From: Phoronis australis
Taxonomy: Eukaryota; Animalia; Phoronida
Length of the DNA: 64,000 nt
Assembly: GCA_002633005.1 (NCBI GenBank)
Contig: NMRA01000010.1
Coordinates: 1,866,516 to 1,930,515 of the forward strand
Direction of reading: 5' to 3'
This document shows, in pieces, positions 1-14,405 of this stretch. The notes beneath the pieces are model-generated. The model saw nothing but the letters and a program-made list of their open reading frames with translations. It had not been told where the DNA came from and made no database searches. The position numbers and the translations under genes are program-made. Positions within the stretch are counted from its first letter, which is position 1. Each line of letters opens with the position of its first letter.

Positions 1-108
1 ATTGTGTAATGGTAAAATAATCATTTGTCTCTTCCATATTTTAACACTGTTAACATTAACTTTTCTTGAACAAACATCATTGATATCGACATGTTATTTT
101 TATTTCAG

Positions 109-3100
109 GGCGCTAAAATACAGCCTGTGAATCTAAATAAAGCTGTGAAATTGTTGACGGACCCTCACTCTGTAAGATTTTTAAACAAGTTTATTTTAGA
201 ATTCCACTCATAAGCTGGATCTTTGCCAACTGCTCAGCTGGAAGATATCTGGGAACGGCTCTTTTCTTGTCAGAAGTCCATGAAAAATTTAATATGCAAC
301 CTTAACTGAACTATGCTGTGGTTATGGCTTACACTTAAAGTTCTAAACCTATCGGCTGCGAAAAATGAACTTGCATGGTTAAAATCAAACGTGTTGATTT
401 CAGTAATAGGCTAGCTTTATTAGCACGTATCTAGTTTCTTGTTTAAGTTTTTATAAATAAGTTATAAGTTGGCCTATAAAACTGTATGTTTTCAAAAAAG
501 TTATGGTCACAGCATTGTGTTGTGTGTATGAAGGCATTGGTTAGATATTCGTAATCACGTGGTTTGCATTTTTCTCAAAAATCATGATTTTTCACACTGG
601 TTGTTGTATTTTCCACGAACAATAATTTTTTGACAAATGTGTTTTCTTTTATTCCATTAGATACAAAAGTGTTTGTGGGATTTTCTTTTAAAGCCTTTTA
701 GCCGGCCATTGAGCTTGGCTGTCTAAAATCATGACTTTCGGGGGTTTTCCTTATTTTTGGCAGTGGAGTTCTCATGCTAAGAAGTTATATTTGCAGACTG
801 AAGTAATTGTCGTTTCCATAAAAAAAAGTTTTTATAATTAATGATTATTCCTGTCACATGCTTATAAACACCTGTATGTTATTGTGTACATAATGAGACT
901 TGGTGATCATCAAAGATATGTTTTGATGGCTCTAGTAATACCGGAAAACTTATTAGGAAATTCTATCCTTCTAACCTATTAGCTGCACGTCTTAAGTGCC
1001 ACTGGGTTGGAATTGAGAGGTGACCTGTTATTGAATTGAACTGAAATGGTCCAATTCTTGAATGGCTGGTCATCCTTTGGATTTTCTACCAAGTTTTTAC
1101 TCTGAAATCTTTGCAACAAGTAAAAGTTTGAGACCACTTTTGTTGGGGTGATTTACCAGGTTTTGATTTTGCCTTATCTGACTGAAGAAAATGCAGTTTT
1201 AACATGCCATCTGTTTTTGCTTTGTAAATGTTATGCCTTATTTGCAACAGAGTCATTTCACATTTTTGTATGTCACAATTATCCATTTGAAGAGAAATTT
1301 GAATTTTTTTGCTTGGACATTCTTTTTTGTGGAATTTGTATAATTTAAGTCTCTTTTGCAATTTCCAGGCAGTTTTGTATGACAGACATGTGAACGCGCT
1401 GAATAAAGTGACGAAGCATTACGCACGCGGTTTTATACTCAAGGACTTGGTAGCTATCTTCAAAATACTGAATGTTTGCGCTGATCGCATTGACGATGTG
1501 CCCCTGTATATGGAACCCATGTGTAACATTCTGAAGATATGTAGTCTGCCCTTCTTAAAGGAAAAGACATCTGATGAGGGCAATTATAAACAGATTGCCA
1601 TTGAGTCAATTTCTCAACTGGGTAAGTTAATTTCTAAGCTACATTTAGTGGCAATAACTTCATGCGGAGAGGCTTAAAATTAATGTCGTCTTAGCTATTT
1701 TTGTTTATTAGTCATACCGAGTTCAAAATTGGTCCTCACAGGACTTGAAAGTTTATGACTTCAGGTAAAACGTGACAATCAACATCAGTCATCGGAAATT
1801 TTTCCGATATTTTTGAGCTGACAAAAGCACATATACTGTGAACTTTGCTCTTATTTTTAATATCAAGTTTGAACTCAATACTTGTACTGCTGGTACCATT
1901 GTTTTGTGAATATGTGACGACTATGCACTGACCTTGTCATATTGTGTTTTCTCAAACAGGTTACCTGATGAGAGTTGCTCACAGTGCAGTGCGACTTCAA
2001 GTATGCCGTACACTAACTGCATTTTATTGTGAAACTCCTCCCAAAGATAAGCAGCTAACTCAGAGTAAGTCTTAGTTTAGGTTTATTGGATTTGGAAGTG
2101 CAAAAATAATTTAAAACGTGTTCGAATTAATTATAAACAATGCATTTATTTTGGTTTAAAGATATTATTCCTTCACCTCTACGTGACTTTAAACCAGAAA
2201 TCTTGTTCCTAAATCAATAAAAAATGCAATTTTTGTCATTTGAAGTGTGGAAACATTTTTGGGACACCCTGTATATTGCCATGGACTGCTGCAGTGCGAT
2301 TGTGTTTTGATTCAAGTTAGTTTTAGCCTGAAACATCTGTCGTTCACAACTGTTACGGTTCTCAATTTCAGAGCACGCCCCGTCCAGCTTAAACTACAAC
2401 AAACAGGTTGTGGAGGAAAGTGATGTTGCGGAAACACTAGTAAAGGTGTGTAATAAATACATGGGTAACTAAATGACAAGTAATTATAATTCTTATGATA
2501 TTAATAAATAATAATTATAAATGATCATAATCGTGGCAGTGATGATACACTTTACTTCTGTAAATCACTGACTACACAAATCTATAGGTTATAATGTACT
2601 ATTATTACTATTACTATTGTTATTGTTACTGATTTCAAAATCATGGACTGATTTAGTCGATACATGAAAATCTCATTCTAAATTGGTTTACCTTATGCAG
2701 TATGACCAGATCAATCAGTTTTACTTCATGATACCCAAAGTTGAAGAAACTTTGGTAATGTGGTGAGCATGCTGATTATTTAATACCTGCTATTGTCTGG
2801 GTACGTCTTTGTTGTTCGTTTGATTATCGTTATGGCACACATGGGGCTGTTACAGTTGTGTGATTCTTTTACAATCTGGAGTCAACTGATCACTCAGTCA
2901 TTACTCTTTAGTTTGCTGTGGTCATGACTTGACCACTCACGTTTTCAAGCATAAGTTTTGCTCCATTACAGACATCTCTCCTTTAGTGAATATTCCAGAC
3001 TAGACTTGTTTTCAAATGCAGATATCAGTCTGATCTATTGTTAAGTGTTCCCAGCAATTTTATGTCGAGCATCGTGATTGCTGTTTTTAAAGCCAAGTTA

Positions 3101-6100
3101 TCTGCCAAACTTCAAACAGTTATTATTGATGACTGTGCCATGTGGTAAATGCTATCACATAAAGAGAACATGGGTCAACCTTTTTTATTTTGTGGGCAGT
3201 TGACACAAGACTGTTCTTGTACTTATCTATATTCGCTTATTGACAGAGTGGAAGATGTTCTTATACCTTGTCTAGTCAGTAGAAAGCATTACTATGCTTT
3301 GTGTCATTTTGATGTGCACATTTGTTAATTCCAGTCGCTGGCTTTTCTCGATCAAGAACTGAAAGTGAAACAAAGTGTGCTAAGCGTCCTTCAGGAATTG
3401 TCTAGAAACTCAGGTAAGAGTACACAGATCATTGTGAAAGGATACTTGTGTTAAGAGGTAAAGTTTGACTTTGCAACATTTTTTCACGTTATGTGACTAA
3501 AGTGCATGTTGAACGATAAATCTATACGCTGGCAACATATGTGTTGAGTCGTTAATATTCAGGGTTGGAACCAGCAGGTTGTTTGAATAGCTGGCAACCA
3601 TAGCACAATCTTAGCAAAAGTTGACACTTTTGATTACAACAGGCACCTGTTTGAATCACATCCCTTGTGAGTTGTGCGATACTGCGGTTGACAAAGCTCC
3701 AATGAGCCCTGGATGCTGTTAATTTGTCAGTGATGACATTAAGATTTTTTCTGTCAGTGAATATAGATGCATAGGCAAAAGAACTTTTTATTCATCCTTG
3801 GAATCTAAGATGTTCTTATAAATTGTAGCCAAAAACTGTCAGCGCATGCTGGATGCACAGGCGTGCACCAAGATCTGCTCTAAGATGATGGAGCACGACC
3901 CTAGTGGCCAGATACTATTCAGGTCAACAGACATCCTTTGGAACCTGTTGGAAAATGCGGACAGTGAAGAGGTCACACGGCAACTGAGCAACCACGAGTG
4001 TGTCCGGTAGGTGGAGCCACGTGTTGATAGGATGTAATTCACCGATGGAGATTCTTGTGTGTCATTGGAAAAGTTGGAAAATAGCAAATTTTTTTGGAAA
4101 TGTATAGCGCAACCCTAACTTGTGTAAAAATTGTGTGAGATAGATAAAAATTCTCATTTTGTTAGTTGTAGCATTCATAAAATTTTGAACAAGTATGAGT
4201 TTAGTCTAATTTTTGTGAGAAAAAATAACTTGTGGAAAATGAAAGTTTATCCTGGAAACTTCATGGAAAATGAAAACACAATATAAATTAGAATCCTGTG
4301 AATGTTGACAGTCACGGGTCTCATTTGATATGCTGAAATTATGCTGTTTATTGCCTTGAAGCCATGTGATGATTGTTTTGTAACAACTCAAATATGTGTT
4401 GTAAAGAAAAACTAGTAATTGTCTTCAGGTGTTTTTAGTTAGGTTAGAGAATTTAATAAGAAAAGTTAAATTTGTTTTCTGAATGAGGGCAGACTATGTG
4501 AGAATGTTAACATCATGATCAAGTATGTGGGGCTTCTTTTTTTTAAATCTCATAGAGCTTGAACTAAAATTCTGTTTTGAATTTGAAATATTACATCCTG
4601 TATTAAATTTTTGTGACATAATCTGAATGTGTTCAGTCCTCAGCATCTAACTCCACAATAAGACTGGACATTCTGTCTCGCTATAATGATTAGCTTTTCC
4701 TAACCACTCAGTGCTATTTTAAATATGTACACATCTTTTTAGTCATTTATTGCTCTCGGCAGATTGTCACCCTCTGTAACAGTTTCACAAGTTGTATAAT
4801 CATTGTATATATTTTGTATTATCTTCCTTTGCCATAATGATATATGACCTTCTTAATATATTTTTGTGTGTTGGTTTGGGAGCATTTTCCAGTCAGTGCA
4901 TATAAATTATATTTCGTATGAATTATATCTGGGTGTCTTAAACATGGACAAAATTCATGTTTCAGCACATTACAAGAAGCCTTCATCCAACAGCTGACCC
5001 AAGGCTACAGTCACTATGACAGGCAGCTTCGCAATGACATACTGGTTATTGCCATCACTTTAGCTTCGATGTGTGACGATGCACCGTTCATTGAGACCGG
5101 CTTTTTGAAACAACTCACATTGTTTGCAACATTCCAAGAGGGTATGTAGTGTTAGGTAACTGGGCCGAGCTCTTTAGACGCAAGAGTCTTCTGATTAAAG
5201 CTAGTGTGATCATGAGATTTGTCTGTGATGTGTGAAGATGTCTGAAAACTTACGTGACTGGATATTTTCGCAACTGTTTACAGAATGGGCACCGACAGAT
5301 GTGATAATCTTGCGAAGTCACGAGATCACAAGACTTCATCACAAGATATCAACGTGTAAAGCATGTGATCACACTAACTAATTCCTTCTTGCATCTACAA
5401 AATTCAGCCCAGTTTAATTTCTTGTCAAATTAAATTTCTAACTGCAACAACTGAATGGTTACGACTCAATAAATATCGTGGGGTGACATGCGTTATCTTC
5501 TTGGACTTTTGCTAGTTGTCACAGAATACCTGTGCCGTAATTTATCATTAACACTTGTGTACAGTGAGCAAACAATAAATTTCACTGCTATCTTTACTCT
5601 TTGATGCACAAGAAGTGTACAGACTGTAATTCAGCTTAACCGAAGCCTGGGATGCATTGCTAATATTGGTGTATATGTTTTATATTGTTGTTCTTACAGT
5701 CAAAAGTCATCACGCTCTTGTCAAACACTTAAAGCTCATGACAAACCATGAGGATTTTGAACTGAAGAAACTTCTCACAAACATGCTTGTGGTACTCAGC
5801 AAAGATCCAGCTGTCATCCCTGTAAGTATGAATTTATGAAAGTGCGATTTCATTTTTAATCATTGCTTCACGTATCCTAGTTGATTTTACTTTAATGTGT
5901 CTATTTGAGTTTAAGATGTTACATCATTATACACAAAACTGTGCACTGTTTTAAATAAATACTTGTCTGAATCCTAGCTAATTTTTGTCACTCATTGTGA
6001 ATGTGGAGGGGTCTTTGTTCACCAAACTGATTATCGTTTGTTTAAATAACTCACTGTCGACAACATTTCTCACAGGTGTTATCCGAGGGTAGACTGCTAC

Positions 6101-9100
6101 TGTCTCTCCTCTCGTACGTACAGAACAACGAGAATACCTCAGGTCCGCGTGAGTGGACGCCTGCCCAGTTTGAGGAGATACAGCTGCATGCTATTAGTGC
6201 CCTCTGTACACTAGCCCCTCTGATGATCGACGACTACATGACGTGTCAGGGCAACACACGCCTTCTGCTATTGTTGGAGTGGTGTGTCTCTACAGGTCTG
6301 TGTCTATCTATCACATCATGAATATCTATTGTAGTCATAGATTTTGAATTTCATATTGATAAAAAGGTATATTGTATAAAAAGTTATATTGTATTTGGAA
6401 TCACTTCATGCTGCAGTTATGCTAATTGTTAGTTAACTTCATTTTTTATTTTTTTATTGATTGGCTGATTATTTGAATTAATTTATGCCACCCAATAATT
6501 ATAAAACTTGACAATATAAAGCAAACATGAAATAAAAAGTCAATTAATTGTATGCGGAGAGTAGAAAGATTATTCTGAGATAAAGGCACAATACCAAGCT
6601 GCTGTGTTGAAAGTTTGATATTTGATTCATATAACTATATCAATTAATATGTTTGGTTCTAGATGATTACGGTGGTCACGGTAACAGCTTTCATGGTGTT
6701 GGTGGCCGTGGCAACAAGAGAGCCCAAATGAGGCACTGTCTACGGTTGTTAAGGAGCGTTGTGTCCACAGGACATATTTTGGTACTGCAAGACCTCATCG
6801 ACCAAGGAGCACTCAATCAAATAAATGGTAAATTTTGGGGACACGTGACAGCTGAATTGCATCAAAAATCTATTGAAATTAACATATAGAGCTACCGTTG
6901 GACAATAGTTTGATATGGAACATAATAGTCTTGCAGTAAGTTGCAGGTTTAAAGCTAACACTGCATACTTTACATTTAATGAATCGTGCTTCTTTTCGCA
7001 CTGTTTTTGGAAATAAATTGAAGTTAAGCTCAACTGAATTTCGTGTAAACCTTACGCAGTTGTGATTACAGAGATACTACAAGTCAAAACAAGTGTTGTA
7101 TTGGGACATCCCATACATCACTCTTAGGTCCATTTTTGAAACACCTCATACTGCAACTCCATCATGATGGACCTTCCCGAGTGGCCAGCACTCTTTCTCC
7201 GGATAGCTGAAATTCCTGAACAAACTGGGTGTTTTTTCAGTGAATTACGTGCAATGTCTTGCCCATAGACTTTAATTAGATGACGTCAAGATAAGGTTTG
7301 CATAGCAGATCAAGATGTTTGTTTTCAATTTTTGCTCTATGGACAGCCTTTTCAAATCTGTGATAATAGTATGTCCAAATTACAGTTCCTGATGTTCCAA
7401 AGATGCACCACGACCACCTTGGGTAATGCTTTAGGCTGCGGGATATAGCCATGTGTCTTCCTACAGTACTCTGTATGTCATCCATTCCATTTCAATTCGT
7501 GTTCTGTGGAAGTTAATTACCATTCCATTTTGCAGCTATCCTGACCAGCGTCAGTCACTCGCCAGATGAGGATGATGCCATTGATGTTGAGATGCAGTGT
7601 GACATGCTGTTCATCGTGGCCACACTGTGTGAAGGAGATATGCACAGAAAGGTATGGAGGATCATGCATTACACTTCACTAATTTGATGTGTTCAGACCA
7701 TAACCTTGATTTCACAAACTTTGTCAGGTAAAATCCGCTGCATAGCCGAGTTTCCTTCTGGGACTAAATGCTCCACGTTGAGTTACACAACCTCGTTCTG
7801 GATCACAGTGTAATACACAGTAAATATCTGAGGTGTTGAGTTTTCCCAGCAAAGTAATGGCCAGCAGGAACACCCGAGATTCACATTCACTGCTGACTTA
7901 CTGACGGATCAGAATGTATAACTGAAGTGCGAATAGCGAAGCTGGTCATCCTGAGCTGTTGTAGACAAGTCATCTGAGGAGAACAACGTAGTATAATTTC
8001 TATATTTTTACAGGAACTGTTTGGAGTGCAAGGAGTAGAAGCCCTGGTCCAATACCTCAAGACGGATGCGAAGAAGATCAGCAGTGGCTTGGGTCATCAC
8101 AGGCTTATGCTGTCTACTGTTGACTGCATATGGTGAGTGTGGGCCAAGTAATGCTACATTACCAATCGCTTATATCATTTTCCCAAGAAGAATGTTTCGT
8201 AGGTGTGTCTGTTTTTACTGTAGCATAACTCGGTGTCGCCACCTGGTGATTGGTTCTAGCTTGAATTTGCTGAGAACCAGTAGAAAGAATTTCCATTTCA
8301 TGCTGTTAAACTGTTACATCAGCCAATAGATGGCAGGCAGAGAGTCCAGTCCCTCACTGGTATTCATTAATGGTGTTTCAGGAGTGCTGTTGTGGGGTGC
8401 TACATCACAGAGGACTTCTTTTTGGAGCGAGATGGCGTATTCCTACTCATTGACCTTTTGGAGGTAATGTCATGGTGTCAATATTTAGTAACCTACCGTC
8501 TGCTAAACATACTTCCACTGTTCCCCTGGACATTTATCTCTTGTAACTCAATGAACTGATCTGATTGACACTGTCTACTTTGTCACTTAGACAAGTTTAC
8601 TTTATCACAGTTTGTTTCTTCTCTGTTCAGAAGTATTTCGGACTGTTCTGGACTCCGCACACGGAATTTGTGAGTAAACCTCACCATTGTTGTTTATTTA
8701 TTACAATTCATGTTGATTAAAGCCATAGAAGTTTGCCTCTTTTCAATTAAAGTCCTCTTTGTATTTAAACATTTGTACTATGCCCGTTCAAGTTCATCCT
8801 CATGTTTGCCAGCTAACATCCCTGAATTTTCGGCATTTGGGCTTTGAATGTCCTTGTCTATGGTGTTTTACTCACCTTCTAATTTTTTAGTTTCTCATCC
8901 CTTGGCATTTAATTGAACGAATATGGTATACCTTATCAAACAACCAAGTGATTAATGACATCCAACAGACAGATGTAGCTGGTCTTTTCACATATTCACA
9001 AATTTGTAAGAATAATTATGTTTGTCTATTGTTGGTTCGCATTAACAGAAACTAACACTGGCCACAGTGCCTGTGTATGAAATCAAGTGTTATTTTCAGA

Positions 9101-12100
9101 TTCTTGTTTAGGACCTTAATAAACGACTTCAGCTCTACGTCAAATATCAAAAAACTATGCTTTGTCAACCATTTTCTGAAAGGAGAAAGATCGAGAATTC
9201 TAAAAATATGCTTCTTACTACTCTGTCTTTTTTATTGTCACGTGTCCACATTTTTTATGTCAAATTTTCATGACTGTGCAAAAAAGGTACATTGATTTCA
9301 TAGTAAAATAACCTCACAGCCGATTTTACTAAAAACATTTTTAGATGAAAACTTTCTGTTATGTCTCAAAAACGCTGTAAGGATTTTGCTTTAAAATGCC
9401 TAGTTTTCGCGTACCAAGCGATATACGAATAAGACTGCTGTTTTCTTTACAAAAATGCCTTGTGTTTTGCGAGTTAATTTGCCCTAAAACCTGAACTAAG
9501 TGAATAATCAAAAATTCCTCTGGAGAAAACTTGGCTATGTATTCAGAGTGATAGTTTTTCTTGTGGTTTTAGGCGTCACCACGTAACATGCACAACTTGA
9601 TCGTGGGCTGCACACTGGACCTATGTGAAAATACAAAGACCGTTGCACACGTTCTGACATGGAGGGGCAAGAATGATCAGACGGCGGCACACTTGTTCTG
9701 TGACATATGGAGAGCAGACGAGCGAGAAATTGGAGTTGAACGCGAGCTTGATGGAACTATAGCAGGTACTGTGTGGCTTGGAGTGATTGTGTTATCTGGA
9801 CTCTGTTTCATGAAAGGTGACTCGAGACAGAAATTTGATCTTACGCTCCACATAAATATTTTCGAAAAATACATGCCCTTCCCTTCCCCATTTGGCGATG
9901 TGGGCAAAAAGGTCCGAGAAAATGAGACAAAAGTCCACAAAACAGGCACAAATGTGCAATTCATAGTGGTGCCCCCATTTTTTTTTGTCTGCCCGCTTTT
10001 TTGTTACCAAAAGGTCCACAACGTCAGGAATTCAAGCCCCCCCCCCCATATTGAAGGCTGGGTGTGCGGATGAAATATATGAATTTCTCTATTTCACTTG
10101 AGCAAAAATGCAGTTTTTGAGTATATAAACATAACTGTTAGTTACTAAAGTAATGTCTAAAAATTATTTCTAGGCTGTGATGCACTCATAATTGCTTGGC
10201 TAAACATTTATTCAACAATTGTGTCATGGACGCATAAGATCAAATATCTGTCTCGAGCCTTAAGGCACTTTCATAAAACTGTACCACAGAAATCACAATT
10301 TGCTGGATTGCAATGATTGTTCTCACTTGGTGACTGTCCTTTTATCTAGTTGCTCAACTGCCAGTATCGCCCCCAAGTGTTGTTGTATGGATACTCCTTC
10401 ACTTAATGTGTCCGAATAATTCCATTGAAAAAGCATTGTAATTTTTAGGACTGTAGCAATTTTGACCTCATATGTCAAAAATCAAACTCATGACCCTGGA
10501 TTGAGATCATATGTTTCATTCTTAGCCTTCACAAGCAGATTGGAATTAGAATTTAAAGTGTCACTTAAACACTGTAGTATACAGTCTGTGAACTTTTGTG
10601 ATCAGATCATTGAACCGTGTGTGTCATAATATTTTCAGATTTGAAGAACCCACTAATGGGCCGACTACAGTCCCAGTTGGGGGTCACACCACTTCCTGTC
10701 CAACACCCAAGTCAGGCCATCGTTGATGTGTCAGAGAACATGAGGGCCAAGATATTCGCTCTCTTCTCCAAGATTGGTAGGAATTCTTTGTTGGTTCACT
10801 CACTGTCAGATGTTTCTATGTGAATAGGCATCACTCCAGTGATTACTGACCCCCTTTGCTGGTGGTTCTAACGGTTATTTTTTAACTGGAACTGTGAATA
10901 ATTTTATGTTTATTATTTCCTGCTTACTTACAATCAGAAATTAGCATAAAGTGTCCCCCCCTCTAGATCCTCCCTCTCTTATCTTGATCTATTGTTTGTG
11001 TCATATGAGAAAGAAAATTGTACAAATGTAAATTTTAGTAAAACACTTTTGTAGTATTTAAGCTATAACTCACGAGTGTCTTTAAATTTATGGAATGTGT
11101 TAAATGGGTGGAGTGAGACATTACTTAACTTACTAGTAAGTTTTCTCCCATAATTCAGTGTTCCAGTCTCTCTGACCAATCACTTCAGTGGCGTCTTCAT
11201 TGTCAGTGCACAACAGTAAGGTTGCCATAGTGACTCACGAATTACCACCAGCCTTTTACCCACATGATCTTGCCCAACTAGCAAGAAACCTTATGGAAAA
11301 CATCCGATATGGTGTGTTTTACTTCTTTCTGTGTCCTGCATTACTCTGTGCTGAGGCCATGGGGTCTGTGCAATAAAAGTATTCAGAGACACTGTGGAAA
11401 TGAAACTGTTATACAAAATCATTAATAGCGTTTTCTCCCTACAACAAAGTATCTGTTTACCTGTTGTTAAATTTACATTTTTGTCATCAGCTGCCTGCAA
11501 ATGCATCTTAGAAAGTGGACCTGTTGAAAGTATACTGTCTTTGTTTGTCTACAGGTTTCACAGATCTACCTGGGTTGACGACAGAAGACAGAGTAACGTT
11601 GACAATTATTGAAAAATACAATGACTTCAAGGTAAGAGAAGTTACACAGTGATCAAAACATGATCCACAATTGGACAAGTGTGGATCAGCTGAATGTTGA
11701 TTGTAGTTTTTATGTTCGTCATTTATGTTAATATTTTGATTGGTGAACTTGTTACTTTCCCTTTGATTTAAACAAGTGTACGTTATTCATTTATTCAAGT
11801 CTGAAACAAAATATTTCTGCTATTGCCATTCTTTTTTCCCTTGATATGGATCACAAGGGCTTGTGTGCAAGAGTGCACAACATAAAATGCTTTGAACACG
11901 CTCAACACTAGGTGTCACTGCTGTTTCCAGGTGGGCGAGGTGTGGACTGAGGTCATCAGCGAACTTGAACAAGAAGGCACGCGTCCCGTCACTCCTGACA
12001 ACGAGGCCCTGGAGACAATCAGCCGGTCCATCGATGAATTGGTGGAGACCACCGTACTCCAACAGAGAGACATCCTCAACTCACAACACAGCCAAGCACT

Positions 12101-13872
12101 ATTGGATGAAGAAGAGCGGTGGGCGGAGATACGCGAAAATCACAAACAGCGTCAAAAGGCAATCGACGACTTCAATGATTACGTTCTGAGGACATCCAAT
12201 TATGGATTCTTAAGGGTAAGTTAGCATGAGTAGGGAGGTCCAGCTGTAATGATTTGAAGTCAATTGTTTGTTTTTGAGATTGCTCCCTCTGATATACGTA
12301 GAACTGTAAGTCATACAATCCGAGATGGCGTGACATTTAAATTGTGTGTGCTTAATATGCAGGTATCATGAATATTTATTCATTGTAAAAGGTGAAGTAG
12401 AGTATCATTATCACTTGTTAACCTAAACTTTATTTGTAGGTGTATTGCCATTTTACATTCAATGTACAGTTTGTAACTAACCTTTGTTCCTTATTGTGTA
12501 TTCAAAGCATTCACTGAATTGTGGTTTCAGCATGCCCACGAGAGACAAAAGGTTGCCATTGAACAATCGCGAGTGGCCACAAAAACTCAGCCAAGGTAAG
12601 ACTCAGGTTTCTAATTTTTCCCAATAGAACGCATGGTTTTTACATTTGAAAGTGACAGCACCTGAAGAAGACTTCATACCAAGAGAAAATAATCTTCGGA
12701 TGCTTTAGAAAGCAATAAAGCACCACAAACTACAACCTTGAAGACGTAATATTTGAACTTGTCTTATTTCATATGTTAGATTATTGGTTCAAACCAATAA
12801 TAAAATGTGCAATAAAATAAATTGTCACCTTTTGACAAAAACAATTTTGATTTGGGTAGTTACTATTTTTAAAATCAGTTTCATGTTGTACTCGGGTTAA
12901 AAATGATCTCCAGGCTCGAAAAAATGACAGCTTGTTATTATTTGATCAGACAAGGACGAATAAGTTGGCTTGTCACCACGCGCCCTTTTATTTGTCCAAC
13001 ATGGTCTGTAGCAATAAAGAGTTGGCAGTTCTACTCAATAGCGCTGAATTCATGTCTTGTCTAAGTAAGGAACATTTTAAGACCAGTTTCAGTGGAAGAT
13101 TTAGAGGGGGTCAAGGGGGCCATGCTCCCTCCAAATTGTCCCAGATTCCATTTGGCAGTTTGGGGGTGTGAATGTCTGACGGGCAAAATCCTGGCTAATA
13201 CTCTGCCCTGGCCTCCCCTAAATCAAAATCCTGGATCCGCCCTTGAGTTTTTTATCAGTAAATAGTCTAAATCATAGATATAGTACTTTTAATTAAACAT
13301 CAGTTAATATCACCATTTAACGTAGCAATAAACGCACGCCTTCTGCCGAAAACTTTTGATCTAGATGACTCAGTAATATAAGACTGGTGTCACCCTGTTC
13401 CATACCCAGGTTAACTAAAAATGATTTCTAGGGTAGAAAAGGAGTGGCAGACTATGACCATTTACTTGCCTGTCACAGCAGGGTAATTCCGGTCGCCACG
13501 CCAATTTGGCCATTGGGAATTCCAGGTTATTTTAACTAATTTCAATTCAAGCACATGATAGAAGCGTGAAGATATTGCTTTAGAAGGGTGAAATCATCCA
13601 AGAAGAAGGTGGCTTTTGATGGTGTACAGCAAACCTAAGGAAAACTGTTAAAGCACCGATGTGTTGAAAATTCTGATCTCGTGTTTTTCAGTAATGATGT
13701 GGAGCACAGTGTATCTCTGAGAAATTTGCAGACAACTACGTTCAGCAGCCGGTCGGTGAAGGTGGAGAGTACACCATACAGTTTGACCGGTGGCCAGTTG
13801 GCCACTTATAACTCCAAGGAGGGAACCCTGAAGGCGAGACAGATTAAAAAGGCTCTGCCGGCTAAATCGTAA
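109..13872 (+). CDS. CFAP69: Cilia- and flagella-associated protein 69 (ARM-repeat), 5'-partial, 19 exons
   Basis: Exons: 109-171, 1369-1621, 1960-2064, 2372-2445, 3335-3413, 3829-4006, 4966-5141, 5700-5821, 6076-6295, 6663-6827, 7536-7651, 8014-8132, 8382-8463, 9573-9765, 10639-10776, 11555-11631, 11931-12215, 12531-12595, 13692-13872. All introns are GT-AG with consistent phases, giving 2691 nt (896 aa plus stop). Recalled CFAP69-like peptides: WTPAQFEEIQLHA, GNTRLLLLLEWC, GHGNSFHGVGGRGNKRAQMRHCLRLLRS, SENMRAKIFALFSKIG, VESTPYSLTGG. Confidence 0.9.
5199..5379. mobile_element. Small fold-back MITE in a CFAP69 intron
   Basis: AGCTAGTGTGATCA ... TGATCACACTAACT inverted ends. Confidence 0.5.
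9872..10072. mobile_element. MITE family A copy
   Basis: Shares GAAAATGAGACAAAAGTCC, AAGGTCCACA and GGCTGGGTG with the copies at 22462, 26804 and 27484; 5-bp TSD AAATA. Confidence 0.75.
13090..13245. mobile_element. MITE family B (CAGTGGCGGATCCAG-type)
   Basis: CAGTGGAAGATTTAG ... CTGGATCCGCCCTTG; 5-bp TSD AGTTT. Confidence 0.75.
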
Positions 13873-14374
13873 AACTGATGTCTCTGTATAGCTGTGGTAT
13901 TGAAGTGCTGCATCTTGCTAAATAGCTGTAAATATACAAAAAAAAATCATGCAGCAAAAATATTTGTATCTTTAAGTGGCCATGGGATGGACTTGATTTT
14001 TACGAGTAATAAAATGGCTGCGTGTTGCACAGTTACAGTTTGTGCAAAATGCTATTTCAGAAGTTTGTAAAAAATATTACCTAGATTATCAAAGCATATT
14101 GCTCTCAAGGTCTTCACTGTGTGGCTGAAGTGGAAAGGGTCATGGTTAAATGCCGAATGGATTTTCATTTTTTTTTTTTGAATAAGCTGATCTTGTTTAT
14201 GTAAATATGTATGTATGTGTTGGATGATATTTTCCTCTTACATTGCATGTCCTGCTTTGGCTGGCTATAGAATGGATTGGGATTTTATGACCAGCACCCC
14301 CCTTACATTGTCTACTTATAGTGACAAGGGGATAAACACCCTTGACCATACGCATGTATTATTTGTAAATACAA

Positions 14375-14405
14375 AATAAACTTAACACACATGTATTATT
14401 TTAAT
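14375..14405. promoter_or_regulatory. Opposed polyadenylation signals of CFAP69 (+) and WFS1 (-)
   Basis: AATAAA at 14375-14380 (+), with another at 14008-14013, and ATTAAA on the minus strand at 14400-14405. Confidence 0.45.

Noticed and set aside
336-995. TTAA-flanked transposon in CFAP69 intron 1
   Set aside because: The ends are similar as direct, not inverted, repeats, so I cannot delimit an element.
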